From positions 49,616,348 through 49,680,347 of the forward strand of contig NC_068982.1 in the NCBI RefSeq assembly GCF_001194135.2: a DNA stretch of 64,000 bases, given 5' to 3'. Shown here piece after piece: positions 12,965-23,947 of this stretch. Every line of letters starts with the position of its first letter. Positions within the stretch are counted from its first letter, which is position 1. Position numbers and translations under genes: made by a program. Source of the DNA: Octopus bimaculoides (lineage: Eukaryota). A model generated the notes under the pieces. The model had not been told where the DNA came from. It made no database searches and saw only the letters and a program-made list of their open reading frames with translations.

Positions 12965-13189
12965 TTAACCCTCCAGCATTCAACTTATTCTGTTAAATCT
13001 AATGCTTATTTCTCCACATTGTTTTGAATTAATCATGCGTTATCTTGTAGCGATGACATTTTGATGTGATTGCTTATAATTTGAATGACATTGTATGGTA
13101 TATATGAGAGGCTGGATCTGGTTGGTTTGAAGATAAAACAGGTAGAATATTTGGGATGGATAAGGCTAATTTAAATTCTAAAGGATTAA
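12965..13189. mobile_element. TTAA-flanked MITE, family F
   Basis: TTAA|CCCTCCAGCATT ... AATTCTAAAGGA|TTAA; imperfect TIRs with TTAA duplication. Confidence 0.75.
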
Positions 13190-13794
13190 TTTATTGCTTG
13201 CCAGCTTTTAGAGGCACTCACTATGTTGCAAACATTTTAGCTAGGTCACCAGCATGAGAACTACCCTCTCCCTTCATTGCACCAAAATCAGACATCCTGT
13301 AAAATAATAGGGTGGTGGTAGAAAGTTCATGATGCTGCCCTTCTCTCCCTAACTAAGTGGTGAAATATATACAACAAAAGAAATATTTAAAAGCTGGATT
13401 GACCATGGCTTGGTCAACACAACACCGATAATCTGAATTCAATATGAAATAAAATTCAAACAGAATAAATTAATAGTTTGTTTATAAGTATTTCATAGAT
13501 TGAGAGAGAAAGAAGAGCTAATACTGCAAATTGGATTATTTTATTCCTATCCAACAGAAAGTTTTAATAAGAACTCCAACCTGTGAATTATCAGTTAGCT
13601 TGCTCTTCAAGATTCACAAATATCAGATAAACAAAGAAATCTATCAATGTAACTTAATCTGTTTACTCTGTGAGATGCGATATAAAATTATTTTTCAACA
13701 CCAATTTCAACAGACTCTCAAACTGTAAATTAAATGTAGGAATGGCTGTCTGGTTACAAAGATTGCTTTGCAACCATGAGGTTTCAGGTTCAAT

Positions 13795-14356
13795 CCCACG
13801 AGTTGAGGACTTTCTGTGATTCACTCTGAATCTCAACAATGGTGTTTAAATGGTGACCTCTGAGCTGCATTTTCTTCTTGGGGAAGAGATGGAAGTCTGC
13901 AAGTGCCAAATCTGGTGAAAAGGGTGGATGCAGAAGTGATACCAAGTTATTTTTGGCAAGAAACACGAGTGAGGAGAGCTTGATGACAGGGTGTATTGCC
14001 ATTGTGAAGAATTCAATTCTTTGTGCTGAACAGATCCAGTTGCTTTTGCCAAATGTTCTCCCTCAAACGCTTCAAAACGTCATAGTAGAACTCTCGATTG
14101 ATGGTCTGGCTCTGGGGGACAAATTATTGATGCACAATACCACATTTCTGGGGGTGATGCTCATGGCAGACCTTCCAGATCATTTATTATCCTCCAGGGA
14201 CATTCTTCCACCTTTGAAGTACCCATGCTACTCAAAACATTATATATAACACATTGCTTCATCACTGTAAGCTCGCCAAAACATGCTCATTGTCTCTTTT
14301 GCAGACTTCCCAAGTTTAACACAAAATTTCATGTTGGCTCTTTGTTCTAGTCCATG
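13795..14356 (-). pseudogene. Internally deleted mariner (DD34D-type) transposase remnant
   Basis: Across frameshifts and stops it reads EQRANMKFCVKLGKSAKET (N-terminal HTH), SGRS..., GQTINREFYYDVLKRLRE, ILHNGNTPCH (HDNAPxH-like) and HPPFSPDLALADFHLFPK (YSPDLAPxD-like). The first catalytic Asp region (TGDE) is absent. Confidence 0.88.
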
Positions 14357-15977
14357 ACAAAATTGCATTCACATGATCACAAAGACACAAATTTCACAAC
14401 TTGTGAAGTAAACATAGCTTGGCTCATAGCCTCATGAAGTTCACTGCTAGCTCTCACTGCACATGCAACCGTGTGCTACCATTTGTTGGCTTGCTACAGA
14501 AGTAGTCATACAACTAGAAAAGACTAGGGATAAGGTAAGGTAATGAACTTAATAACAGGTAAAAGTCTATGTCAATACAAAGTCTGTTGATGAATGGAGC
14601 TGTAATGTACTGAGAGGTAAGAAATATTTATAAGAACAAAGACTAGGAATATATTGATTTCAAACAAATGCACCAGACTTCATATTTGTATGAGCGGTGT
14701 GAAATAATTTTGTGTGACTGTCTTGCCTTTCTCAAAATCAGTAACAGTATCTGTGAAGTGAATAGGCTTCAGCCAGAAATTGCAAGCAACTCTTAGATAA
14801 GACAAAAAAAAAAAGGGGGGGGAAAAAAAAAGAAAAAGTAAAATGTACAGATATATAACAATAGACATTTATTGATACCTAATATTCTTGACATCTACGA
14901 GTGAAAATTAGCTGGATTCTCAATAAATAAACCGAAGATGGTATTGATCAATAATGCATGGAATACAATAATAAATAAGAACCACTGACCAATATCAATA
15001 AATAAAATTTGAAAGCTATTGATGAATAAAGATTTCAGCAAATAGAGATACGAAGCCATCAAGTTGTCATTGATTTTCTTTTCATTATTATTGTTGTTTT
15101 TTTTTTTTTTTGCTTTCTATTTGACATCATCTGAAAAGAATGAGATGGCTGGAATGCTGATCTTTAGAGATATAGAAACAAGGCAAGGTAAAAATTAATC
15201 TATATAGCTACTTAGAAATGGAAACTTTTACAAGGTTAACGGTTTTATACTTCTCACTTGATGTGCAGCNNNNNNNNNNNNNNNNNNNNNNNNNNNNNNN
15301 NNNNNNNNNNNNNNNNNNNNNNNNNNNNNNNNNNNNNNNNNNNNNNNNNNNNNNNNNNNNNNNNNNNNNNNNNNNNNNNNNNNNNNNNNNNNNNNNNNNN
15401 NNNNNNNNNNNNNNNNNNNNNNNNNNNNNNNNNNNNNNNNNNNNNNNNNNNNNNNNNAGAGAGAGAGAGAGATAGATAGATATATATATATATATATATA
15501 ACAGTAGAGTGTGTTTCTCTTTGGGATTTGTGATTTTCTGACAATCAATACATACATACATGCATATATACATTATAAGAAAATGATAATGTAGTAAATG
15601 TGAACATAACAGTTTAAGTGCATTTTTACTGACAACTTAAATGCAAAATAAAGCAATTGTTTTACTCCCAACACACAACACACAATATCAGATCAAATTG
15701 CATGCCAAAAGAGTTTAACTCCGGAATGACTATGTTGTTATATTGTTTGTAAGGTGGATAGAAGAGAGGTAAGTTTTTGATGAATTAAACCAGTTTAATT
15801 TGGTTTCTCAATGAATCAATTTAAATTGACAGGTTCGAGTAGTTCAATTTAACAATGTGTGCCCTCTCACTAAATAAAAGGTTTTTATGCTGCTTTAAAA
15901 ACATGCAGTTGTGGGATTTGGAGAGATAAAAAGTAGCTTGTAATTGCTAACTTAGATGTCTTGCAAACAACTCACAC

Positions 15978-16130
15978 ATGCAAGTGCTACCAGTCGAGAA
16001 CTCCGCATACTGGAAGCCAGCAAGTGTATGGGGTCATCAGGAGAGAATGCGCGCCGTTTCGGGGCCTACCTCTCGACGGCATCAAAGCGCACCGCCCCCC
16101 CCCCTCACTGATATGAGGCCCTGCTTGCTA
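15978..16130. other. GC/CpG-rich structured island of unknown origin
   Basis: 10 CpGs between 15995 and 16094 in an otherwise CpG-poor window; nested hairpin TGCGC/GCGCA around GCCGT/ACGGC. Confidence 0.55.
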
Positions 16131-16204
16131 GATCACCTGGTTATTAAAAACTCAATATTTCTCTAGCCATCACTCATCTTATGCATTTTGTTCCTGAAAT
16201 AAGA

Positions 16205-16421
16205 TTGGCTTCAAATTTTAGCAGAATTCCAACACGTTGGGGGGAGGGGGTAAGTGAATTACACTGACTCCAGTGTTCAACTAGTATTTATTTCATCAAC
16301 CCTGAAAGAATGAAAGACAAAAGTCATCTTGATAGAATTTGAACTCAGAATGTGAAGATGGACGAAATGCCATTAAGCACTTTTGCCAAACATGCCAATG
16401 ATTCTGCCAGATCGCCACCTT
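16205..16421 (-). mobile_element. Family C SINE, full length
   Basis: Reverse complement of AAGGTGGCGATCTGGCAGAATCATTGGCATG...AAAATTTGAAGCCAAT. Confidence 0.85.
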
Positions 16422-16446
16422 AACAACAATAATAAATAATAAAAAC

Positions 16447-16817
16447 AAATGCCTTGATGCAATACCAGGAACTGGCTCACATGGCTTCTGATCTTAACTG
16501 ATTGGAAGTGCTATCATGTACAAGTTTTGTCTTGGTATAAAAGATGAGCTACAACAAATATTCTGCTCAATACCACAGATTTGCTTGTCAGTTGTTTGAC
16601 CATAACAAGTTGAGCACAGCCTTGGTGGCTGATGATATGTGCATCTCTGATCATGAGCAGAAGTAGTGGAAGAGCGTCATAGCCATGCATTGAGAGGAAT
16701 TCTTTGGGGTTTAGATAATTCACCTCTGGAAATGTGAGTGTTTTGTTCAACATCCTTAAACAGTCCTTATTCAAGGACCTTTTGAGAGAGATGAGCTACT
16801 CAACCTGAAGAAAATTC
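16447..16817 (-). mobile_element. Family E dispersed repeat, 3' part, with (ATT)n tail
   Basis: Reverse-complement homologue of the 3' two-thirds of 34257-34835. Confidence 0.85.
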
Positions 16818-16891
16818 AGCTTGGCACCAGTGACGTTGCAACTCATTTCTACAGTTGAGTGAACTGGAGCAACGTGAAATAAAGTGTCTTG

Positions 16892-17212
16892 TTCTATATT
16901 TTGGAGATGAGGAATTATTTACATTATTTAGATTGGACGGATATGTGTCCTCATCTTGTTTGTTGTTATCATGATGTTTCAGCTAATTAACTTTCCAGCC
17001 TTCATCAGACATTCTGGTAGAATTTTGAACCCAACCCTGGGTTCTCATTCCTAAGGTATTTCTTTTTTTGCTGATATAATTATTATTATCATTATTTATT
17101 CAAGGCGCTGCCTGGAACTGAATTCACAGTCTTGGGGTTAGTAGCTTACACTCTTAACCATTATACTATATGCTCGTGGGTCTATACATCCAATGTAAAT
17201 AATGTAAATAAT
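16892..17212 (-). mobile_element. tRNA-headed element with hammerhead-like core, 24-bp inverted repeats and 13-bp TSD
   Basis: TSD ATAAAGTGTCTTG at 16879-16891 and 17213-17225. Inverted repeats 16914-16937 and 17189-17212 match 23/24. tRNA-like head at ~17173-17104. CTGATGA at 17008-17002 and GAAAC at 16980-16976. Confidence 0.8.
16968..17014 (-). ncRNA. Degenerate type I hammerhead-ribozyme-like motif
   Basis: AATGT CUGAUGA A GGCUG(GAAAGUUAAU)UAGCU GAAAC AUC. Stem II GGCUG/UAGCU pairs with two G-U pairs; stems I and III are weak in this copy. Confidence 0.55.
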
Positions 17213-17812
17213 ATAAAGTGTCTTGCTCAAGAACACAACACACAGCTCGGTTGGGGAATCGAACTTACTACCTCGTGATTGTGAGCCTGACACTCTAACC
17301 ACTGAGACATGCACCTTCACAGTCATGGTAATAGTGGTATAATGGAGTAGAGAGGAACAAAAAAAAAAAGCAAAGCAAAAAGTAAAAATAAAAATAAAGA
17401 ACCCTCATGTAAGGAGAGGTTTAGTGTTACAAAACTATTTACTGAATAACCCCCTGCTATCATCCTCTGTGACCTTATAGAAAATCTTGAAGACATGGTA
17501 ATTTTTTTTTGTACCAAACCAATTACAGCAAACACAGTAAACAGCAGCCAACCTTGTCGTCCATCTCTCAATACACTCAAACAGAATGTAATTCTCTTTG
17601 AACCATTAATGTACCATCAAGTGAATAATACTATGTTAATGAATTAATTCATCTCAATAGGTTACTGACACAATGACAATGCAGTCGAATAGTGACTAAC
17701 ACATGCAGATAAACAACAGCTTCTTTTTGATATTTTTCCTATATTATTTCTTTAATTTTGTGTTTCATCAAGTACATAATAATAATAATAATGATAATGA
17801 TGATAATAATGA

Positions 17813-18194
17813 TCCTTTCTACTATAGGCACAAGGCCTGAAATTTGGGGGGAGGGGACCAGTCAATTACATTGACTCCAGTGCGTAACTGGTACACAATT
17901 TATCAACCCCAAAAGGATGAAAGGCGATGCTGACCCTGGTGGCATTTGAATATCATAATGATAATAATAATAACGATGATGATGATTTCAAATTTTGCCA
18001 CTAGGGTAGCTTGGGGGAGGGGATGAAGTCGATTACATTGATCCCACTTCATAACTGTTACTTATTTAATTGAGCCTGAAAGGATGAAAAGCAAAGTCAA
18101 CTGTGGCAGAATTTGAACTCAGAATGTAGCGATGGGCGAAATACTGCCAAGCATTTTATCCAACGTGCTAACGATCCTGCCAGCTCGCTACCTT
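17813..18194 (-). mobile_element. Two tandem family C SINEs (17813-17952 partial; 17986-18194 full)
   Basis: Reverse-complement C blocks separated by a (TAA/GAT)n tail. Confidence 0.85.
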
Positions 18195-18212
18195 AACAAT
18201 GATAATAGTAAT

Positions 18213-18420
18213 AACAACAAGAGCACTCAGAGAGTGCAAACCTCTGCCAATGCAACACCAACGTCCTCTTGACAATTAACCGGAGATGATTTTTTAAAAT
18301 GAGAATATCTGAAATAAAATCGAATGCTCTCACAAACGAGAATACTAAAAATGAACTTGGTCGCTCTCAAGCGGAAAAATAATCCATATACATTGTCCGG
18401 TACCTGATCGATCCCAATGG
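18213..18420. repeat. Probable dispersed repeat beginning AACAAGAGCACTCAGAGAG (family unassigned)
   Basis: CpG-retaining block with an AACAAGAG start resembling mollusc non-autonomous elements as I recall them; only one copy in this window. Confidence 0.35.
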
Positions 18421-18716
18421 TAGTCATGGAATGTGCAAATGGGTGTGCAGGCTGTGTTTGTAATGCTGTGTGTGTATCGTCTGGGTAATGAAGATATTTG
18501 CATGATCTGAGCGCACACAGGGTCTTTGGGAGTCATTACGTAAAAGTTTTGGAAATACTGGTTGAAATGCTGGTTGAAACGTAACTGAAACGTAACTGAA
18601 CATAAAAATTATAATTGTAATGAAATACATACTGTATCATGGTCTTAAATTCTGGTCTTCCTTTAGTAATTCTGTTGTTTTAGATCAATGTATAGAATTA
18701 TGTATATATGTATATA

Positions 18717-18838
18717 TGAACTGGAGCAATGTGAAATAAAGTGTCTTGCTCAAGAACACAACAGACAGCTTGGTCCAGGAACTAAACTTACAATCTCATG
18801 ACTGTGAGCTTGATGCTCTAACCAATGAGCCATAGCAC
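18717..18838 (-). mobile_element. Family D SINE 5' part
   Basis: GAACTGGAGCAATGTGAAATAAAGTGTCTTGCTCAAGAACACAAC identical in layout to 16861-16891 plus 17214-17240, confirming the uninterrupted host sequence. Confidence 0.85.
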
Positions 18839-19081
18839 AGCCAGTGCAAACAAACAAAGTCACATATATACACATACACAACTAAGTGTATGAGACTCTG
18901 TCAGTTTCAACAACAAATATTCAGTTGTTCAGTCAACTGAACTACCATATTTTCCAGCATAGAAGTCAATGATTTTGCAGGACCAAAAATTTTATGTGAA
19001 ATGCAGCAGGATTTGGTAAGATAGCAACGATGTTTGAATGCTTATGCAACATGTTTACTCTATATTATTATGTCAAAAAAA

Positions 19082-19336
19082 AAAAAGGAGGGGGGAGTTA
19101 CCTCCTCATGCTGACTCATAAGGGCTGGTTTCCCAGTTTCCATGGCGTATATATTCTCCACCTGAATGGGATGTTGGTCGTTTGCAGGATTACTCAATTT
19201 TGTCAACTGAGTAAACTGGAACAATGTGAAATGAAGTGTTTTGCTCAAGAACGCAACACATCACCCAGTCCAGGAATCGAAACCACAATCTTACGATCAT
19301 GTGTCTAACACCTTAACAACTAAGTCACATGCCTCC
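19082..19336 (-). mobile_element. Family D-related SINE, full length
   Basis: Reverse-complement homologue of 19900-20160. Confidence 0.85.
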
Positions 19337-19899
19337 ACTATACTATGTCAACATGTATGCTAGATAATGTGGCATACCGGTTTCAAGAGGTAAATGCAAG
19401 ATGAGGATTTATAGAATTTATATCTGCATCTATGATTATATACACAAGAATACATATCTGTACCTAAGATAATATATACTAGACTTTATATCCCTACCCA
19501 AGACAATATGCACAAGACTATGCACCTTATTTTCCAGCATACAAATTGAAACTTGCAGACTAAAATTTACAGCCAAAAAATGGAAGGTTGACTTATACAC
19601 CAAGATGACTTTGGAGGAGCAGAAATTTCATGTGAAATATGGCAGGATTTAGAAACATAGTGACCATGTCTGAATGTTTAACACTGTATACAACACCAAC
19701 TTGGATGCCACAAAATATGGTATCTACTAACTGAATTAGCAAATAAGTGGCTGAGTATTCCACAGATACATGTACTTATAGCATAATTCTGAGACAGAAT
19801 GAACATAAAACAATATGTAACAAGCAAGGACATTTAAATTACTGGTACAATGCATCCAACAGCCTCTAATAGTTTCTATCCACCCAATATTACTCCTGT

Positions 19900-20160
19900 G
19901 GAGGAATGTGACTTAGTGGTTAGGGTATTGGACTCATGATCATAAGATTGTGATTTCAATTCTTGGACCAGGTGACATGTTGTGCTTTTGAGCAAAACAC
20001 TTCATTTCACATTGTTCCAGTCCACTCAGCTGGCAAAAATGAGTAATCCTGCGACGGATCGGCGTCCTGTCCAGGTAGGGAAAATATACGCCAAGAAACT
20101 GGGGAAACTGGCTTTTATTTATGAGTCGCAATGACTCAAGAAGGTAACTTTTCTTTTTAT
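19900..20160 (+). mobile_element. Family D-related SINE, full length
   Basis: A box TGACTTAGTGG, B-box-like GATTTCAATTC, core TTGAGCAAAACACTTCATTTCAC, 3' CTGCGACGGATCGGCGTCCTGTCCAGG. Confidence 0.85.
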
Positions 20161-22153
20161 TTTCCAATATCACTCATAGACTTGGATCAAGTCAAGGTTA
20201 CAATAAATATTGTAACCCAAGATGCCACACAGTGTGATCAAACCTGGGACTTCGTTTATGAACAAAATTATAGGGCTATATATTCTAGATTTATTGAGAA
20301 TGAAATTGACAGTAACAGATTATGATTTATACCACAATGATAGCTTAGTTCTATTGAAAAGTTGTGCAAGTCATAAACAGGATAGATTTAAATTTGATTT
20401 CACTGAATTATTTCAGGCGATAGAACAGTAGCTATTAATTTTCTAGACAACACTTTGACAGAAATGCATTTGAGCAAATCCAAGCAAAAGGAGACAAAAA
20501 CTGAAAAATTATGATAAAACAGTGCTACCATGATTTATGCATTTTTATTTTCCCATAAGCCAATAGGATTCAAAAAAGTAAAAACAAATTTCCATGGGAG
20601 TAGTCATGTGACCCAGGAAGCCATCTTGGATACAGTCTAGAAATTGACAATTTGACTGCAGAGACAAAAAAGGTAGGTATCCAGTTCCATCCTAGAAAAA
20701 AATTAACTTCCCATTTTGCAAAGTGGCATTTTCAGGAAGAACTAGAGTAAAACTACAATTTGGTAGTGTTATTTTTTGGAAGATCATCCTGCTTGTCAGC
20801 AAAATCAGAATTTACTGTGGAAATTAGAATTTGCTGTGTGAGTTACATTTTGGCATTTTAAGTTTAGTTTACAAATCCTGATAAATGCTTACTTTAAAAC
20901 AATGCAACTATTATGATATGCTGTAAGGGGGAATTTTATTCTTATACACAGTACTTTATATTTTCAGTTACATGTACCTGGTTGTGCACTGTTCATGGAA
21001 ATTTCAGCCACATTATGATCAGTGACTTGCTGTATTATAGGGCTTCCACAGTTATCTGCAAATGCATGCAAAATGTCTAGATTCGATTATCCAAGACATT
21101 ATGCATGTGCTGCAATAAGCTTCAAGAAATGTTATTTAGAACTTTGTGTTCAAGTGCAGCACATGTTTCGAATACATAGAGTGTGTTTTGACCTTTTGAT
21201 CAATTCCTCATGTTCCTGATTGATTAAAGAAATATGGAATACTAAGTGGTATCCAAGTTTCAGTGTTGTGTCAGTTACACATTTCTAGGTGGAAATATTG
21301 CATCAGTTACATTTTACCAAAGGTGCTACAGCATGTATTAAACAATGGTGTTGGATATGAAAGCATGTATAACATTCATACCACTTCAAATACTAAATTT
21401 TGCATAGGAATATGAGGAATATTTTAAGACATGGCTGGTATTTAGTTTGACAATAAGAACTAATATTCCTAGGGATATCCTTAATTTAATACATCATTAT
21501 ATTTTGCTAGAACGTAATTTTATATTAAATTATTTGATAAGAAATGTATTAAGGTTAGTAATGCAGTTTGTAAGAATTTTACTTGTTATATCAAAGGTTA
21601 CAAAGCAGCATAGCTTCGTCTTACAAACAACGGTCATACAATTCATAAAAATTGCCCACTAAAAGACAGTTGTGGGGCAATGTCAATTGCATATAAAGCT
21701 AATAGCAATAAGCAAAAATAGAAAGAGGTGCAACTGAAATGGTTTTTAAAACTAGATACTATAAGCATAAATAAATACTTGTCAGCCCTGATAAAAAAAT
21801 GTGGTAGTTATGTGAGTCTGTACAAATTCAAAATTAATAGGTTGACTGTGATTAAGGTGTGAACTAAGAGGAATGGTAACTTCAAATTAAAACTATAACA
21901 TTTTTGCTTGCTTAAGCAAAAAAATAAGAATAATTTTGTTCCAGATTTGCTGACACTTTGTATTCAACAAACATCTCTTGTGTCAGTGCCAAACTTCTTG
22001 ATTTTTGAAACGCTTCAGTAAAAAAAATTTCAAGTTTCAATTATCTCTAGGCAACTGCTCTCAAAATTTGTTTAAACTACAATAGAATTATAGAAGCAGA
22101 ATGATTTTAGAGTGACCTCCCTTGTATTAAGTTGAATTCTACATGAAACAATT

Positions 22154-22248
22154 CAAAAATTTTCAAAGTCAAAAATAGGAATTAGCAAAAATTTTCAAAG
22201 TCAAAAGTAGGAATTAGCAAAAATTTTCAGTCAAAAGTAGGAATTGGC
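22154..22248. repeat. Minisatellite, three copies of a ~32-bp unit
   Basis: CAAAAATTTTCAAAGTCAAAA(A/G)TAGGAATTAG; units start at 22154, 22186 and 22218 (last unit 30 bp). Confidence 0.9.
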
Positions 22249-22698
22249 ATCCCTTACATTAAAGAGGTCCTCATATCTTCAAAATAAATGTTAATGAGGT
22301 TAGTATGATTTTTGAGATATTGTGCATTTCAGAACTGGCTGACTGGCACAGTCTTGAACAGTTAGTAAAAGCTGTGAAGACATTTAGATACCATGTAATA
22401 TTAAAATTCATCATGTAAGACTGAAGACATGATCACAAAACAACAGTTTTTATAAAATATTCACATTATCTTTTCTCTTTTTAAATATTAAGAGAAATGT
22501 ATTTCTAGTGCACTTTCATATTTCCTCAAACATCCACTGATTAAAGAAGCAGCAGAGTCACTGCCAGTAGAAAGAGCAATAGTGCAGAACTCAGAGTATA
22601 GACAGTTGAAACTTACCAAAATATACTCTATCTTTACATACTGAGCTCTGTCATAATTTGGTTCATATACACATATAAATATATATATACATAAATAC

Positions 22699-22729
<31 letters not shown>

Positions 22730-23524
22730 TGCATGTGTGTGTATGTATGTATGTATATGAACACATGCATACATATATGCATACACTCAAGTCCTAAGTA
22801 AGACACACTATCAAATGAGGACACTGAAGGCACTCAGACACCACTGAATTCCTGATCCAATCTAGCAGCTGATCCTGTCACTTGTCTGAAAATGATGACA
22901 CAGCATACAAAGTGCTTACACTTATTTATTACATGCAGTGTTCACTAGAATCTGTAAATATACTGCAACACACAGAAGAGTATTAAAACACAATACTGTT
23001 AATGTAGTTGATGCCATAAGAATTGAGAAACCTCAGAACATGAAATAATTCGCTTTTAGAGTGATGGATCTCCTGGTAGACGAAAGTTCAAATTACAAAT
23101 GGTAAATATTGGGCTAAAAAACCCTTTGGATAGGAAAGGTCAATGGTTGTCAGTGGTAGAGTACCTGACATCTTTTCAGAAGATATGGGTTCATGTCTCA
23201 CAAACAGGTTTCAAATTTTTTCTAGCCAGAGAGTTTTTGTTAAGCACATCCACATGATGTAATTTGTAGCTTCATCTACTTCAAAGTCCATGGTTCCAAA
23301 AACAGATGTGTTAATGCACTATCAGATATAGTTGTATGGTTAAAACGTTCACTTTACAACAAGGTGGTTTCCACTTCAGTGCCAATGTGTAGCACTTTGG
23401 GGAAGTATCTTCTACAACAGGACCAAGTCAACTAATTCTTTGAGGGTGAATTTAGCACACGGAAACTGCAGATCAGTAAAGAACTATCATATATAAGCAT
23501 GTGGGTGCATATGTGTGTGTGTAA

Positions 23525-23563
<39 letters not shown>

Positions 23564-23947
23564 NNNNNNNNNNNNNNNNNNNNNNNNNNNNNNNNNNNNN
23601 NNNNNNNNNNNNNNNNNNNNNNNNNNNNNNNNNNNNNNNNNNNNNNNNNNNNNNNNNNNNNNNNNNNNNNNNNNNNNNNNNNNNNNNNNNNNNNNNNNNN
23701 NNNNNNNNNNNNNNNNNNNNNNNNNNNNNNNNNNNNNNNNNNNNNNNNNNNNNNNNNNNNNNNNNNNNNNNNNNNNNNNNNNNNNNNNNNNNNNNNNNNN
23801 NNNNNNNNNNNNNNNNNNNNNNNNNNNNNNNNNNNNNNNNNNNNNNNNNNNNNNNNNNNNNNNNNNNNNNNNNNNNNNNNNNNNNNNNNNNNNNNNNNNN
23901 NNNNNNNNNNNNNNNNNNNNNNNNTATATATATATATATATATATAT

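Larger units (their letters stand above)
16818..17315 (-). mobile_element. Family D tRNA-derived SINE (host), interrupted at 16892-17212
   Basis: Head GTGCATGTCTCAGTGGTTAGAG...AGTTCGATTCC, core GTGTTCTTGAGCAAGACACTTTAT; the body TTCACGTTGCTCCAGTTCACTC resumes after the insertion. Confidence 0.85.

Noticed and set aside
16514-16774. 86-aa ORF (and 34616-34909) as host genes
   Set aside because: They lie within dispersed repeat family E in different frames.
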